DNA of 63,174 nucleotides, filler included, from Neolecta irregularis DAH-3 (Eukaryota): NCBI GenBank assembly GCA_001929475.1. It is 12 parts of 12 records of this genome, joined end to end, with 100 filler letters (N's around TTAATTAATTAA, not from the genome) between each part and the next. Parts side by side here need not be neighbours in the genome. Positions count along the whole stretch, not along the records: positions 26,118 to 44,525 come from LXFE01001345.1; 11 more parts are not named here. One strand, 5' to 3'. Shown piece by piece: positions 26,946 to 39,656 of this stretch (position 1 is its first letter; each line of letters starts with the position of its first letter). The notes under the pieces were generated by a model. It saw only the letters and a program-made list of their open reading frames with translations, ran no database searches and was not told where the DNA came from. The position numbers and the translations under genes were made by a program.

Positions 26946-28310
26946 TTATTTTTCTGTTGTAATAGTTATATCCATAATCTTAGCAGAACCAGTTCGTAAT
27001 CGGCTTTGGTAGAGTTTTGTTTTAAATGTACGGGCTGGTTCGATCTTCCCTTTTACATCAGAGACGATCATTGCCATAATATCTCTAAAGAATGGTAAAG
27101 CATATTCCGATACCTGAAAATTAGTAGTTTCGGATTGATCAGGATGCATGAATAAGTCTACCACCGTTAGAACAAGTTTTGCTATCATCATTTCCGGGTC
27201 CTCATTTTTGAAACTACGGGGTCCAGCATCGCCGAATTTAGAATCCTCAATAGAATATGTGTAGCCATGTTGAGTCGTATAGTGTAAAAATATTTTTGAA
27301 AATATTGTGAATTGTTTATCCCAATAATTTTGGGACACTGTGGTATCATAAAAATTGAATACGTGTGCGGAATGCTTATCAGACCCACGGCCCCATATGA
27401 TAAAATACACTCCGGGGATAGGGAAACCGACGAGTAGCTGCAGATCTTTTTCTTCAAAAATAATAGCCTTATATTCCTCCCAATAACGAATGGCAATGCC
27501 TTTGCGAATATTCGTGCCGAATATTTGTAGAAAAGTCAACGCCATAAAATGTGAGCACTCGATGGAAGAGCATCTTTTCGAAGGCACAGACCATGAAACT
27601 AGGTTCGTGCTAATCATTTGAGTAGCCGTCTTTTCTAGGGTTTCCGGATCGATTTTGCGGTGTTTCTTCATTCCCTCTCCATTTTCGGTGCGAGGTTTTT
27701 CTTGACCTTTGACATTTGACTGAATAATATTCATAAATTTTGTTGCTACCGGGGTGGGATTTATCGCAATTTTCCTGCACGAGCGTAAAAGAGGGAGATA
27801 GACTTTTTCTCTGTCCACCGAAGAAAATACAGAAGCTCCCCCATATTTTTCTAAAACATCCTTGGCCCACTCATCTCCTGATTTAGTTCGCATATCGTGA
27901 GAAAGTTCTTGGAGAGAAAATGTTCATCGTTCCTGAATACTAGAATATCAGACTTTCCATTCAATCGCAGGTGCTTACTTATATACTGCTGTCAGAGCTC
28001 TAAATGGACCGCCTAGCTCTGTAACAATCTCTGATGAAGAGGTGCGAAATTTCATACAACCGTAATGATCGTTTACGCATATTACGATAAACGACTTGCA
28101 CACATACTCACTTAAGAGGCATTGCCCTGCACACATAGTTGTTGCAACTTCTTCATTCATATCTTTCACCCACCACAATTTGTCTACATCAGACTGAAAA
28201 AGTACATTTTGTGGAAAATCATCGTTCGATTTATCGAAATGATCGAGATAAGAGGCAGTGCAAATAACGTTCGCATGGAGTGCGATCAGCAAGAAGAGCT
28301 TTGTCAACAT
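26946..28310 (-). CDS. Candidate secreted effector: signal peptide + Cys-rich PAN/apple-like domain + papain-fold-like domain; one 39-nt intron and one in-frame TGA at 27924-27926 (possible pseudogene, or two separate ORFs)
   Basis: The 111-aa signal-peptide ORF and the 315-aa ORF become co-frame after splicing GTAAGC..CTGATATTCTAG (27940-27978); C113/H177/D192 pattern in the 315-aa part. Confidence 0.6.
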
Positions 28311-28711
28311 AATATAGGTTAAACTGACTCGCTTGAGGGAAGGGTTTGGTTTCAGGTTGTTGTTTAAAAACCTGCTTCCTAATGGGAACAGGCCTGCTGT
28401 TTAATAAGAAAAAGAAAAGCCTTCTTTTCTCTAAAACCGTTCTTGAGACATCCAAAGGCACTTGGCGTTCCGGTCTCGGTGAAAGCTATTTGAGGGCGCA
28501 AGATTTGTCGCAGATCACGTGACATTGGATAACTACGATTCGTCATGAACTTTGTATGTGCAGCATACTTACACAGCTAAAGAAATGGCCAGATAGAAAT
28601 CATTTTATATTAGCAATTTTGGTTATTTGGTGAATTCGGGATTGCAGCTATATAAATTGATCAAAAGAACTACCCGCCGGCGGGACGGAGACCAGTGCAT
28701 CAGCAAATATA

Positions 28712-31700
28712 CTACCTGCTGATGCACTCATCTTTTCCAATCATCTCCCAATAATCTGCTGTCTCTTCGCCACGTTGCTGGGAGTGTGTTTCCGGCAGTC
28801 TCGCATCGTCAAGTAGAGAAGACGTGTTTTTCGCCCGAGTAGCTGGGCTCTCCCACAGAATCTCACCGCCTTTCTTCACCGTACTTTCGCTATAACTGAC
28901 TCGACCATCCCGATTCATCCATGTTAATTCAACAACCAGAGCGAGGTTTTTTGATGCCAATTTATCTTTTATAAGAGGTTTCAGAGTGTACAGTTCATGT
29001 TCAATTTCTTGGGTCGTAAATGAACACGGTTGAGGATGGAGCACTATTTGTTCCCCATCAATCCACTGCCATCAACAACCAATCAAACGAAATCATACCG
29101 TAATTTCAAATTTCAGACAAGATGTTTTTAAAATCTCGTCCAGCTCATCACTCAACTCATCTTGCAATAATCCAACCTTTATATTCTCCAAGAATATTGA
29201 ATTAAACGATTTGGAAGTTGTCGGCTTTCGAAGTTGACTAATAGCATGGGGTATAGGCATTACATGTTTAGCCTGTGATTTGTACACGATATATGCGACT
29301 GATAACGATTTTGAAGGTATTTGACTGGTGTATGTTTTTTGACAGACGACGGATCGATAGGGTTCCGGGTCTAGTGCTTCGCTTTCCAGGTTGTACGATT
29401 CGGCTAACTGATGGATAAATTTTCGATACAGCGACTTCATCGGCTTGAAAGAAAGCTTTTGTAAATCATCTTGTTGCATAAACTGACGAAATTGTTTCTC
29501 TATATTGCAAGTCCAAACTTTATTTTGAGCATAATAATCGAGGATTTCGGGATGATAGCTTTGATCGAGTTCAACCGGCCGATCAGGATCAATTGTCAAA
29601 GCTTGGGCAAGTTTCTGGTTTCGCTCGGCGATGGCACAACTGTCGGTACTACAGAGTTAGGTAATATTCTATACATTGCCACACCATGTTAATCTCCGCC
29701 AAGAGGCAGTTGTGTTTTCCGTATTTGTATTGCAGGGAACATCTTGCCTCAGTTGTCCACATGTACAAGTAATCGTAATCTTTGTCCGACAAGTTGTCTC
29801 TATTCCTTCTGGACATATTATAGAACCATGGCAAATCTTCACACATGGGTGTCCACACAATTTTCTCGCTTTTCCACATAAATTTCTACAAGGATTTTCG
29901 CAACTCTCGGGTTTGTGACAAGGAACCTTTGAACATTCATGAATTCCACAGGCCAGCTTTCTACGGCAAGGTTTGGAACAGCTGCCATTTTGCCTCCAGC
30001 AAGGCTGGTTCCTGAGTAATGTTTCCCCACAAATACAAGGTCTCTCGACATGATATGGGCATCGAGGACAAGCTTCGTCATTAGGATGGCATTCATGAAG
30101 GATCCGAGGATGACGGCACAAATTGTCGCGTTGACAAGGATACTGGCATGACGGGACCTTGATTCCACAGGGAATAGGAGGGTGTAATCGAGACCGTCCA
30201 CAATGACTAGTTATTCAGTATTACTTACAAGACGCAAGTACCATACGCGTTCTTCGAATGAGGCTTCCAAGCACGAAGGGCAAGGGCCTGGTAACACATC
30301 AGCTCATCTACTCTAACCATACAAACCTTTATGACATAATGCTGAGCAATTATGATTGCCGCAAGGGAGACTTTTATTACAGATCAAAGTGCAAAGGTGT
30401 TCAGGTTCAAAGTCTTCAAGATGAACATTTGGTACCCGCTTCTTTCCTTTCATTCGCGTCAGAGCATTCTTATATCCCAGACAACATTTTCTGCCGCATT
30501 CATGACGTCCACAGCTCCGTAGAACTCGACATATAGTGTTACATTCAGGTTGGAAACTGTTCACTCGCTCGACACTGTAAATTAACATATATATTAGTGT
30601 TCTGTTACCACGTAGTTTGTATCTCGGTATTCCCGCAACAACACCGTACCATGATTTCACTTTTACAGGGGTGGCATTCACCATGATGACATTTTGATTT
30701 GCAGAGGTGGCCACAACTAAGCAATTTATTGCATTGTCTTTGACATGTAGGGATAGGGTCGGGACAATGTTTTCGAGGAGTAGCCAATAGTTTCTCGAGT
30801 TTGGTAGCACCGCATGGACATGATGAAACCCGCTCGGGAGAAAGTGAACAAGACATTGGTTTCTCCTCCTGTGGGTGGCATCTCTTTGAGCAGCGATGAA
30901 TGCCGCATTCCAAGAGACTAGACGGTCAATGGTTCAAATTCTAGGCAAAGAGATACCGTTCACATGGATTATCGCACTCAAACTTTCCAATCCATTCAGT
31001 TTTCGTACCACAAGAAACCGAGACACTCTCTCGTCCTGCGAGCTGTTCTCCGCACATGATTGGCATCTCCACTTTGCCACAGTAACAAAGGACAGTCTCC
31101 AAGAGAGTACAAGCTCCGCAAAATCCATCGTGACAAGGCCTTAGGCAGGAATGCCCACAAGCCAATAATTCTCCACAAGTCTTGCCGCAACTCCAACCAT
31201 CATCATAGTCTGTTTCGGTACATCGTTTTTGGGAGTTACTCCGTCCGCAAAAACAAGTTTGGACAGGTCCCATAGCAGGACAAGGCGGGCATGGGCCGGC
31301 ATGACACAACAAGTTACAGAAATGAGGACACCCCCGATCCTTTCCACACGGTTCTCCACAACTTTGAATGAGCTCCATGCGAACTTGGGATATACCTATG
31401 CGGCACCAGATATCGATTAAGCGCTGGTTTCCCAGCCTTTCCACACCAGCAAGAGTACAGTCCAGGTAGCTCAACCAGAGGATTCTGGCATCCAGGACAT
31501 CTCCAAGAGTGTCCGTCCTCCAAAGACTTCTTGGCCCATGTCGCAACACACCCTAGATGGAAGACAGCCCAGCAGCGTTTGCATGACCATACAGATTGAT
31601 GCCTTTTGACCTAGGCGCATCAATAGAAGAAATCAGAGGTGATATACCATGTCACAGCATACCATACATTCATATGTGTTACTCGATAAAGCATCATGGA

Positions 31701-32259
31701 TGCGTCCCATCACATCCTCGGCCTCCTTCTTCTCAGCACGTACCTTCCTTGGCTGAGAATGAAACCCTCGCTGTTGTAGGTTCTCGCCAGGAACTAATTG
31801 TCCAGGCGTAAATGCAGGAGCACTAGCGCTCAATCCACCGAGATTTCGTCTTCCACGATTCATCCGAGTAGAAGATCCTTCAGTTGCTGCAATCCCATCT
31901 CTTGTAATTGTCCCAGGATCTCGAGGCTGTGGTCGTCCACGATTTCTAGACCGCCCACCTCGATGTGTACTACTATTTTCGCTGTTTTGTTCACTTGAAG
32001 AGGGATCTTGAGATCTTGGATTTCGAGAAGCACCAACCCTTACTTGTCCTCTTGAGCGACGATTAACCCTCTCTTGGATCGAATTTGGTGGCCCTGAAGC
32101 CGGGTTCGCAGGAGTCATAACAACGGGTTCATTTGATGTCTCTGGATTCGTTCTTTCTACAGTCTTCCTGGATTTCCTCCTGCTCCGTTTTCTGGTATCT
32201 GAATGTCCTGATTCCATACTCGCCTCCACGGTATTTTGGGGCTGTTCCAGTATCGTCAT
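28712..32259 (-). CDS. NF-X1-type zinc-finger protein with RING/PHD and R3H domains (NFX1/Fap1-like), multi-exon
   Basis: YECMVC, WRCPGCQ, repeated CG.H.C...CH.G.C NF-X1 fingers, R3[25 protein letters not shown]. Confidence 0.92.
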
Positions 32260-32381
32260 CTGAACAAGAGGAAAATGTTGTTTTCAGAGGGCGATGATCA
32301 CGACGCAAATTTCCCAAAATACACCAGACTCAAAACAGACATATTATTCAGAACGCTGACATTATGGAACATGTAATCAGC

Positions 32382-33381
32382 TTAATCTCCAAACTCTCCC
32401 CTCAAGAACTCTCGAATCTTGCTGAAATACCCTGGCTGCATGCATGTGGTGTTGTGATCACCCTTAGGCTCTTCATGCCACACCTTTTTACTCTGGCAAA
32501 TATCATGAAGTTGTTTCATATGACTTGGAGGAACAAGTTCGTCTCGTAGCCCGGATAGAAACAGAATCGGAACAGTAGTAATTGTCGGCAAAATGGTCAC
32601 AGTGGACCAAATCTGGTTACAAAGAAATTTGAAAGGTGAGAGAAGAGGCATGGCAGATGGAATGAGCTCCGGGATTGAGAGGAATGTATTCTCCAAAATC
32701 AAAGCCTTAAACTAATACTCAGTCTAAACGAAGTGAGAATAAATACCCTGTCCTGCCTCTGTGCAACGATATATGAAGCAACCGCGCCACCAAGTGATTG
32801 ACCATAGGCAATTAGCGGAGTGTTTTGCAACACCGGGTGCTGGAGGATAAAATCCAAAGCAGCTCTGGCATCTGTTTTAATTCCTGCTTCATCCGGTGAA
32901 CCAGTGCTCTTACCATAGCCGCGGTAGGAGAGCATAAATACGTTGCAGAGCATCTTGTTATAGAATTCATAAGCAAGTGGAATTCGATGGCCCTGATATC
33001 GTCAGTACGTAATAATGACAGACATGCCATGTTTCCGGCATTTGCGTGAAATATTAGTACTGTAGGTCTTTTCTCTGCGATTGCGGTTCCATTTTGCAGT
33101 ATAATATAGGCGGATAGTTTTTCGTTATCCGGCGTTGTAATGATTACTTCTTGATACGATAATCCGAACTTATCGGGTGTCCAGACCTATGATTAGTATT
33201 TCAAGAGGACACAGAATACATCGGTTCGGGAACCTTCAGGAAATTGAGGCATATAGATCAACGAAGCTTGGTATTTGTAAAGCCCAACACTCGCAATCGC
33301 AAATATAGATGCGAATATTCCGCCCCCATACTTCATTGTCATGATGAGGATATTAGAGAGATAAGACAACCAGTTATTCAT
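32382..33381 (-). CDS. bem46: Alpha/beta hydrolase Bem46/ABHD13, multi-exon
   Basis: FHANAGNM, SYRGYGKSTGSPDEAGIK, YGQSLGGAV, ENTFLSIP, DELVPPSHM. Confidence 0.9.
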
Positions 33382-33448
33382 TGGGGCATTTAAAGGTCGG
33401 GGGATGGAGTGACGTCGACAGGTTGACGAACACCAACATTTTACCACC

Positions 33449-34335
33449 ATGGAAAACCTTGTTCACGTCGATATCGATGCTCTTAAGGCGGGGGAAATCA
33501 GGTATAATTTACTTGGTTGTATGTTATTAAATGGTAGCATGGGAACAACTATCATGGCTATCAAATTCGCGGACGGAGTAATATTAGGCGCTGATTCAAG
33601 AACAACATCAGGAGCATATATCGGTTGGACCTGGCTCTGGCAAGTCTAACAAGGAAAGCTAATCGAGTCACCGATAAATTGACGCAAGTGCACGAGAAGA
33701 TCTGGTGTTGTCGAAGTGGTTCCGCTGCCGATACGCAAGCAGTAGCCGATATCGTTCATTATTATTTACAGATGTACGAGTAAGTTACCAGTCTATTTTG
33801 TTGGTCATATTGCAGATCGCAGCATGGACCTCCAACTGTCAAAACGGCAGCAACCCTGTTTCAAAGCCTATGCTATTCAAATAAAGGTGCTCTCGCATGC
33901 ATCATGTGTACTGATGTGCAAAGACCAGCTGAGCGCGGGTATCATCGTAGCAGGCTTTGACCATCGTAAAGGTGGGCAAGTATATAGCATTCCGCTGGGT
34001 GGAAGTCTCCATCAGCAAGACTTTGCAATTGGAGGGAGCGGCTCAACGGTCAGGCCACATACACTGCCAACTAACATCCCAGTATATCTACGGATTCTGC
34101 GATACTAACTACCGACTAAATATGACGAAGGAAGAAGGAATTGAGTTTGTCAAAGGCGGTATGGTGGACTACTGTCTTGCGGAGGCTTACCTGAGCTCTG
34201 GGACTTGCCATGTCACGAGATGGATCATCTGGCGGAGTTATTCGGCTTGCAGTATTGACAGAAACGGGCCTGGAAAGAAGGCTGGTGACCGAAAACGATG
34301 CGGAGTTTCCAGTGTGGGCGAGCGCGGCGGTCTAG
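33449..34335 (+). CDS. PRE3: 20S proteasome beta-1 subunit, multi-exon
   Basis: [56 protein letters not shown]. Confidence 0.95.
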
Positions 34336-34455
34336 TAAAGGATTTGCAATTGAACAATGAATACTGCTGGCACACCTCGGTCCACTATTTGCAATTCCAT
34401 CCATACACAGACAGTCCATTTAACCCCAGAAAGACACATACAAAGAACACCAGGA

Positions 34456-35697
34456 TCACCACCTGTCAACTACTTTCTTCAGCCCACGAATCGAAATTCG
34501 CTTTTGTTCATCAACTTCCAAACACAGATTTAAAGCATTTCTAAAACAATTTTCCTCATTCTCCCAATTTTCAGGAAAAACAACTTGTTTGGTAGCACCA
34601 CTTGCAGCATAGGCTGCCCTGACATCATTTCTTTGAAATGAAAATTCAGTTCCAAATTGCAACAGCTCAAGCAGTAAGCAACCCAAAGCCCAAATATCTC
34701 CTCTTTTCATGTGCTCAAGAGCACATTTTGAATGCTTCGTAGATTGCCAGAATTCAGGTGCAGCAAAGTCAGGGGTACCATACGTAGATAAAAGAGATTT
34801 CTTCTGTTGAGCGAGCCCAAAATCACAGATAATTGGGGTTAGACAGCAACCATCACATTGGTTTATATTTGATTTCATTCCTTTCAAATGAGTAGCAATG
34901 CTTTGTTTGACCAAGACATTTTCAATTTTGATATCAGAGTGCGCAATATTGGCCACATGAAGAGCATATATCCCATTGACAACGCCCTTGAATAGACTTT
35001 TGACGACAGAAACATTAAGCTTACCCTTCAACCCGTGATCACCTGGATCTTCGAGCAATTTGAGAAGATCAGTTTGCATGTACTCAGAGACGAGTATATT
35101 GTAATGGGGTGTTATGATTGAAGGATAATATAGCGGAAGATTGGAATGATTGAGACAAGAGAGAAAAGCAAGGATATAGTCTTCGTTTAAAAAGATATCA
35201 TTCAGAATCCCACGAGATGAACTGACGAATTTGAGAGCTAGAGGTTTGTTTCCAGAGATGGTCGTTACTTTTATCACGAACCCGGTGCCCCCACAGCCTA
35301 CTATTTCATGGAATCTGAAATGACGCAAGCTTGGCAAGGCTAAGGTTTCCGATAGCTTTATAACATTGACTCGGAGGCCTTTTTCATTTTGCCATTGATC
35401 AATGAGTCTTTCATGTGGCATAATCAACTGTTCTGCGAGAGAGATGTAATCTTCGAACCCAGAATCTTTTGGTGTCCGTGGAGCTTCCAAAGGACACGAC
35501 TGATGAACTAAAGAATTCTTTCGTTCCGGCTTCAGCCTAGATATTACTGACCTGAATTTTTGGAGCACATTTGCAAAGCGGGATTCAAGAGCTTTCTTGG
35601 TTTTTACAATGGAATTGATTGATAAAGCTACCCCGGAATCGTGAGAACAAATTGAGCTTTTGATGTCTCGAGTCTTTTTGAAGAATAGATGAGGCAT
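34456..35697 (-). CDS. Divergent Ser/Thr protein kinase, intronless
   Basis: GCGGTGFV, ALK, HSDIKIEN, DFG, GTPDFAAPE, GDIWALG. Confidence 0.88.
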   Translation of the reverse strand: MPHLFFKKTRDIKSSICSHDSGVALSINSIVKTKKALESRFANVLQKFRSVISRLKPERKNSLVHQSCPLEAPRTPKDSGFEDYISLAEQLIMPHERLIDQWQNEKGLRVNVIKLSETLALPSLRHFRFHEIVGCGGTGFVIKVTTISGNKPLALKFVSSSRGILNDIFLNEDYILAFLSCLNHSNLPLYYPSIITPHYNILVSEYMQTDLLKLLEDPGDHGLKGKLNVSVVKSLFKGVVNGIYALHVANIAHSDIKIENVLVKQSIATHLKGMKSNINQCDGCCLTPIICDFGLAQQKKSLLSTYGTPDFAAPEFWQSTKHSKCALEHMKRGDIWALGCLLLELLQFGTEFSFQRNDVRAAYAASGATKQVVFPENWENEENCFRNALNLCLEVDEQKRISIRGLKKVVDRW

Positions 35698-36133
35698 TGC
35701 GATGAAAGGTGGTGTGATACAAAGGTAGTAGTTGAAGGGAACGAAGGGATATATTTGATGTCCAAGGTGATTTAAAGGGGCTTTCGCATTCGACAGCACT
35801 CACCGTCGAACACTCAATATAAGCTACAGGTTCGCCCAATTCCAATCTCGGATACCGAAATTCGCAATACCTATGAGGAGACCACAAATACCTTACTCGG
35901 TCAAAGATGTGAAGTCCTTCTCTCTGGTAATCGAAGCCGTTCACAAACCACAAATGCTAGCACATAGTACATACAAAATATACCTGTATGATTGTGGTTG
36001 TTAATCCTGGGTTTGTTGTGACAAGAGAAAGCTAAGGATATTTTGATCGCAAGCAGATATGACGATAAATGTGAATTTCTTCAGATGTAAAAGAGTGAAA
36101 AGCTGGAAATACAAAACCCTTGGTTGAGCTTGC

Positions 36134-36427
36134 CTACCTCAAACGCCTTGCTTCACGTTCTGATTCGAGGAGACAGAGAATATCGTTTTCACGGACAGAT
36201 CCCTAAAATATTAACTTCACCAGAAGGGACAAGGGGAAAAGACCAGCACATTTCGAATAAGACTTCTCCTGCCTTCGTCCATCAGTTCAACTCGAACCTG
36301 AGAGACTCCTCCACNNNNNNNNNNCGATCCAGTTCGTCCAAGAACTTTTACGACTTTGGCCAGTTTGAAGTTTGCTTTTTGATCCTATTATCCTTCAGCA
36401 TCCTAGCCAAATCGACAAACTGACCAT
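36134..36427 (-). CDS. RPS28: 40S ribosomal protein eS28, multi-exon (spans a 10-N gap; absent from the ORF track)
   Basis: KLAKVVKVLGRTGS..GGVSQVRVELMDE..SLIRN..GSVRENDILCLLESEREARRL. Confidence 0.93.
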
Positions 36428-36472
36428 GACTTTATCTTTGGTTGTATGGAGGACTTTTTGCAACTGTGCTAA

Positions 36473-37114
36473 TGTGGTGGAGTAAGTCGTCACGGAAGCA
36501 GGCAAATTTGCTTTATTAAATTAGCGGACTTTGAGTTGAAGTTTAAACAAACCGTCAACAGACCTCTGAGAGTTATACTACCTGTAACCTCTTTTTCTTT
36601 TATACATCTTGATACTATATTCTTTTTCCATTTATCCTCTGATGCATATTTATTTCCTTTTACTTTATAATTCCTGGTCAACCAGCAACGTCTCCCATTT
36701 GCTCCGATTGTCAGATTGTGACGTTACATTCCTGCAACGAGGTACCTGCTTACGAGAAGATCGAAATTCTTGGCGAAGATCCAGGCACATTCAAGTCCGG
36801 GGCAGTTCAAAAAGAATTCCCTTTTCCGGGGATAAGGCAAGTTCCCTGGTATACTGGTCACCTAGCAACATCCTTGCCGTCTCCAAATGTATCATCCCAG
36901 GTCAGAAGAACAAAATAAAACAGAGTCGCTATTTATCCGTCTCATTATAGCGCCCTTAGATTTTCTTGCGTTTCTAGTGAGTTTATTAATAATCGATAAA
37001 CACACAGAACTTTTGAGACGGAAAGGGAGAAAGAACAATGATGAAGGGGTCTGGCATACGAAACAGCGAGAACTGTTTCGAGCAGAGGCAAGAAAATCTA
37101 ATAGCCAACACTAA
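36473..37114 (+). CDS. Possible small multi-exon gene of unknown function
   Basis: Several intron-like segments and short open frames between RPS28 and the convergent protease gene; no family recognised. Confidence 0.3.
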
Positions 37115-37304
37115 TGATGATAGGTGGTTGGGGCTTTTTCAGTGCTACAAACAGTACGGTTGATTATCGCCATGGGTGTTTTGGTATTGGGTGTTTTTAT
37201 TATTCTTTTGGTCCAATGTATTGTGTGTAAGAGTGGGTGGTGTTCAAAGCTGTACGGATTGCCCAGAGGCCTTTAATTCATTCCATGTGATATAAAGACA
37301 TGCT

Positions 37305-38231
37305 TCACGCTGTCATTTGGATCTCTACGTCCTCCTTCGTACCAATCATATCTCCATCAGCAACTTTCAACAGCTCATCAATGAGATTTAGCATTGCAAT
37401 TCGCTCTTCTTCAGCATCAATCTGTGCATTTGATAAATCTGGGGGACTGGACGAATTCCCAGTGAGAATTTCAACAAGATAAGCTGTTTCTAAACAAACA
37501 AACATCTGTAATTGATCAGCACAATTTCCTAGAGAGCCTTACTCCACAATCGAACTCATTGGACTGTTGAGGAGTTGGCATCGGTAAAAATGTTAATGCT
37601 TTGGTACTGAGTGGGGCATAAAAAGGCTTGACAACATACACGTTTCAAGCACATTTTCCATTTGTTGTATGAAAGCTCTGCTAGGACTCTCATTACAATC
37701 CATCAACGAATCGTAATAACACCCAAGGCTCCGTTCTTTATCAATGACAACCAGGCTCCAATGAGAACCACCTTGGGCTTTGGTAACATCAACATTATCG
37801 TTGATCGGACAGAATATCCACTTAGCAGTTTTGATATAGGGAGGAAGCGCTGATGAGATGAATTCAGCATCAGATGTCTGCGTGATTATGAATGAAACTG
37901 TTGGTTGTAGGAGTAGAATTGAGGCATCCTCTAGTCTCTGAGCAAAAGGGGAATCGCGTTGTAGGTATCTATCAATCAAGTCATAGTAATATGATTGAGA
38001 CGTACTCGTAGTAAAACTCGATATTCGTATCGGAAAGCCTTTAGATTTAGATAAATGCGTGAAAAATGGTGGATATCTACCAAGATCCAGGCTTGAAGTT
38101 GTCAACATCCTGGGATGTTAGTTGCAGTTACGCGACAAATGGTGGGGCAAACATACTAGTTGTCGCAAGCATACATCGTAATATTCAAGAACTATTTCTG
38201 TTGGATCATAACTGTTAGATGAAGGACCCAT
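37305..38231 (-). CDS. NEDD8-specific cysteine protease (SENP8/DEN1/Nep, peptidase C48), multi-exon
   Basis: WIFCPINDNVDVTKAQGGSHWSLVV..YYDS and PQQSNEFDCGV catalytic Cys motif. Confidence 0.9.
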
Positions 38232-39656
38232 TGAACAGACGAGCAGTTCAAGGCAATTATCAGAGATCTAGAATAGAAAGTCGGAGATTGAAACTTGTAC
38301 AACTGAATACGTGGACTAAATGTAATTGTCGAAGATATCCTAGTGCACTGAATGGAAGGATAACAGTAGTATGCATTTACTAGTTCCAGCTTAGTCAGTT
38401 TCCTTGCCTTTATCAAATGGATCTCCACCGAGCTAAGTAGTTTGACCTCGATGATTTAATCATCATTATATCCACCACCTAGTATTCTTACAACAGTGTA
38501 TCGGAATAAACCGGGACCATAAAAGGATACGATATCACCTCCCAAACATTTACCATGTCCTGTCTACTTAACCGGCTATGATGCTTCCCCAGTATCACCT
38601 GTCATTTCACAAAGCCCCATAGTAGCCATCTACCAGCATTTTCGGTCGGTTTGTGAGCAAGCCCAAAAGCTCGTTGAGGCCTCGATGGACGTCCATCACT
38701 CCAAAGAAAACACTGACATCAGTCAAAGTAATCTACTTTATTTCGGTTGCCCTTTCAATCAGAAGGGCCTCTAAGCAGGTAACTCTATCCAGCACAGCAA
38801 TAGTACTCACTCAACTTCAAGGCTCACCATGAAGGACACATAAAAGACTACAATACCGCCGGCAATTCAAGATATTACGCATTATCTTACATATCTCAAT
38901 GTGTAAAGACGAAGAGCTGGGAACTCCCAAAAACACGTTCTTGCAAGGATTTCTACTTCTTGTTATAATTTACCAACAATTCTAGCCGAAGAGAGATAGC
39001 ATGACATACAATAGGGCATTGCCATTACATCGGAAGAGAATGCTATATATGCGCTCATCTTTAGATAATGTGTTGCGTCATCCCATTAAGTCTTTAGGCA
39101 AATTACCTTTTAACTTTCTTCTGCTGTACGATTCTCTTCAAGCCAGGGAAAAATTATCAGGGTGCTCACAAATTGGAACATATTCGATGCAAGCCTTTCC
39201 CAAACAAAGTGAGAAGATAGATTCACTGCGGAGATTTATGTAGCAGAAGAATTGCTGTTACACTGCGCTTGTTTATTGACGAAGACTCTGCTACTTTGTA
39301 CAAACATCGTCATTGGCTTTGAGCGCCAAACCCGGATTTGATCGCTATGCCTGTCAAATCAAGTATCAATTATCGCAGCTGTTCCTCTGTTGACCCGATG
39401 GTTACTTATCCTGCCGTCTATCTTTAGTCCCTGGTCGGTCATTATTTCTGGTATAAACTATCGCCCGTCTTTCCCAACTGCTCCATTCGCCACAAAGGTC
39501 AGGATCATAAAGGTATGTGAGATAATATGGTGGGGCCACCGCGCTCCCCGCAACAGCGACGACGATTGGCTTAACTGTGCCGGATTCAGTTTAAAATGAA
39601 TTTTGTCTCAACTCCCCCTTTAAAACTGCCCGATTTCCCGCTGAGCAGTTCCTGAC

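Noticed and set aside
38530..38910. Possible small gene between the NEDD8 protease and velB
   Set aside because: The open frame lacks a usable start and a recognisable product.
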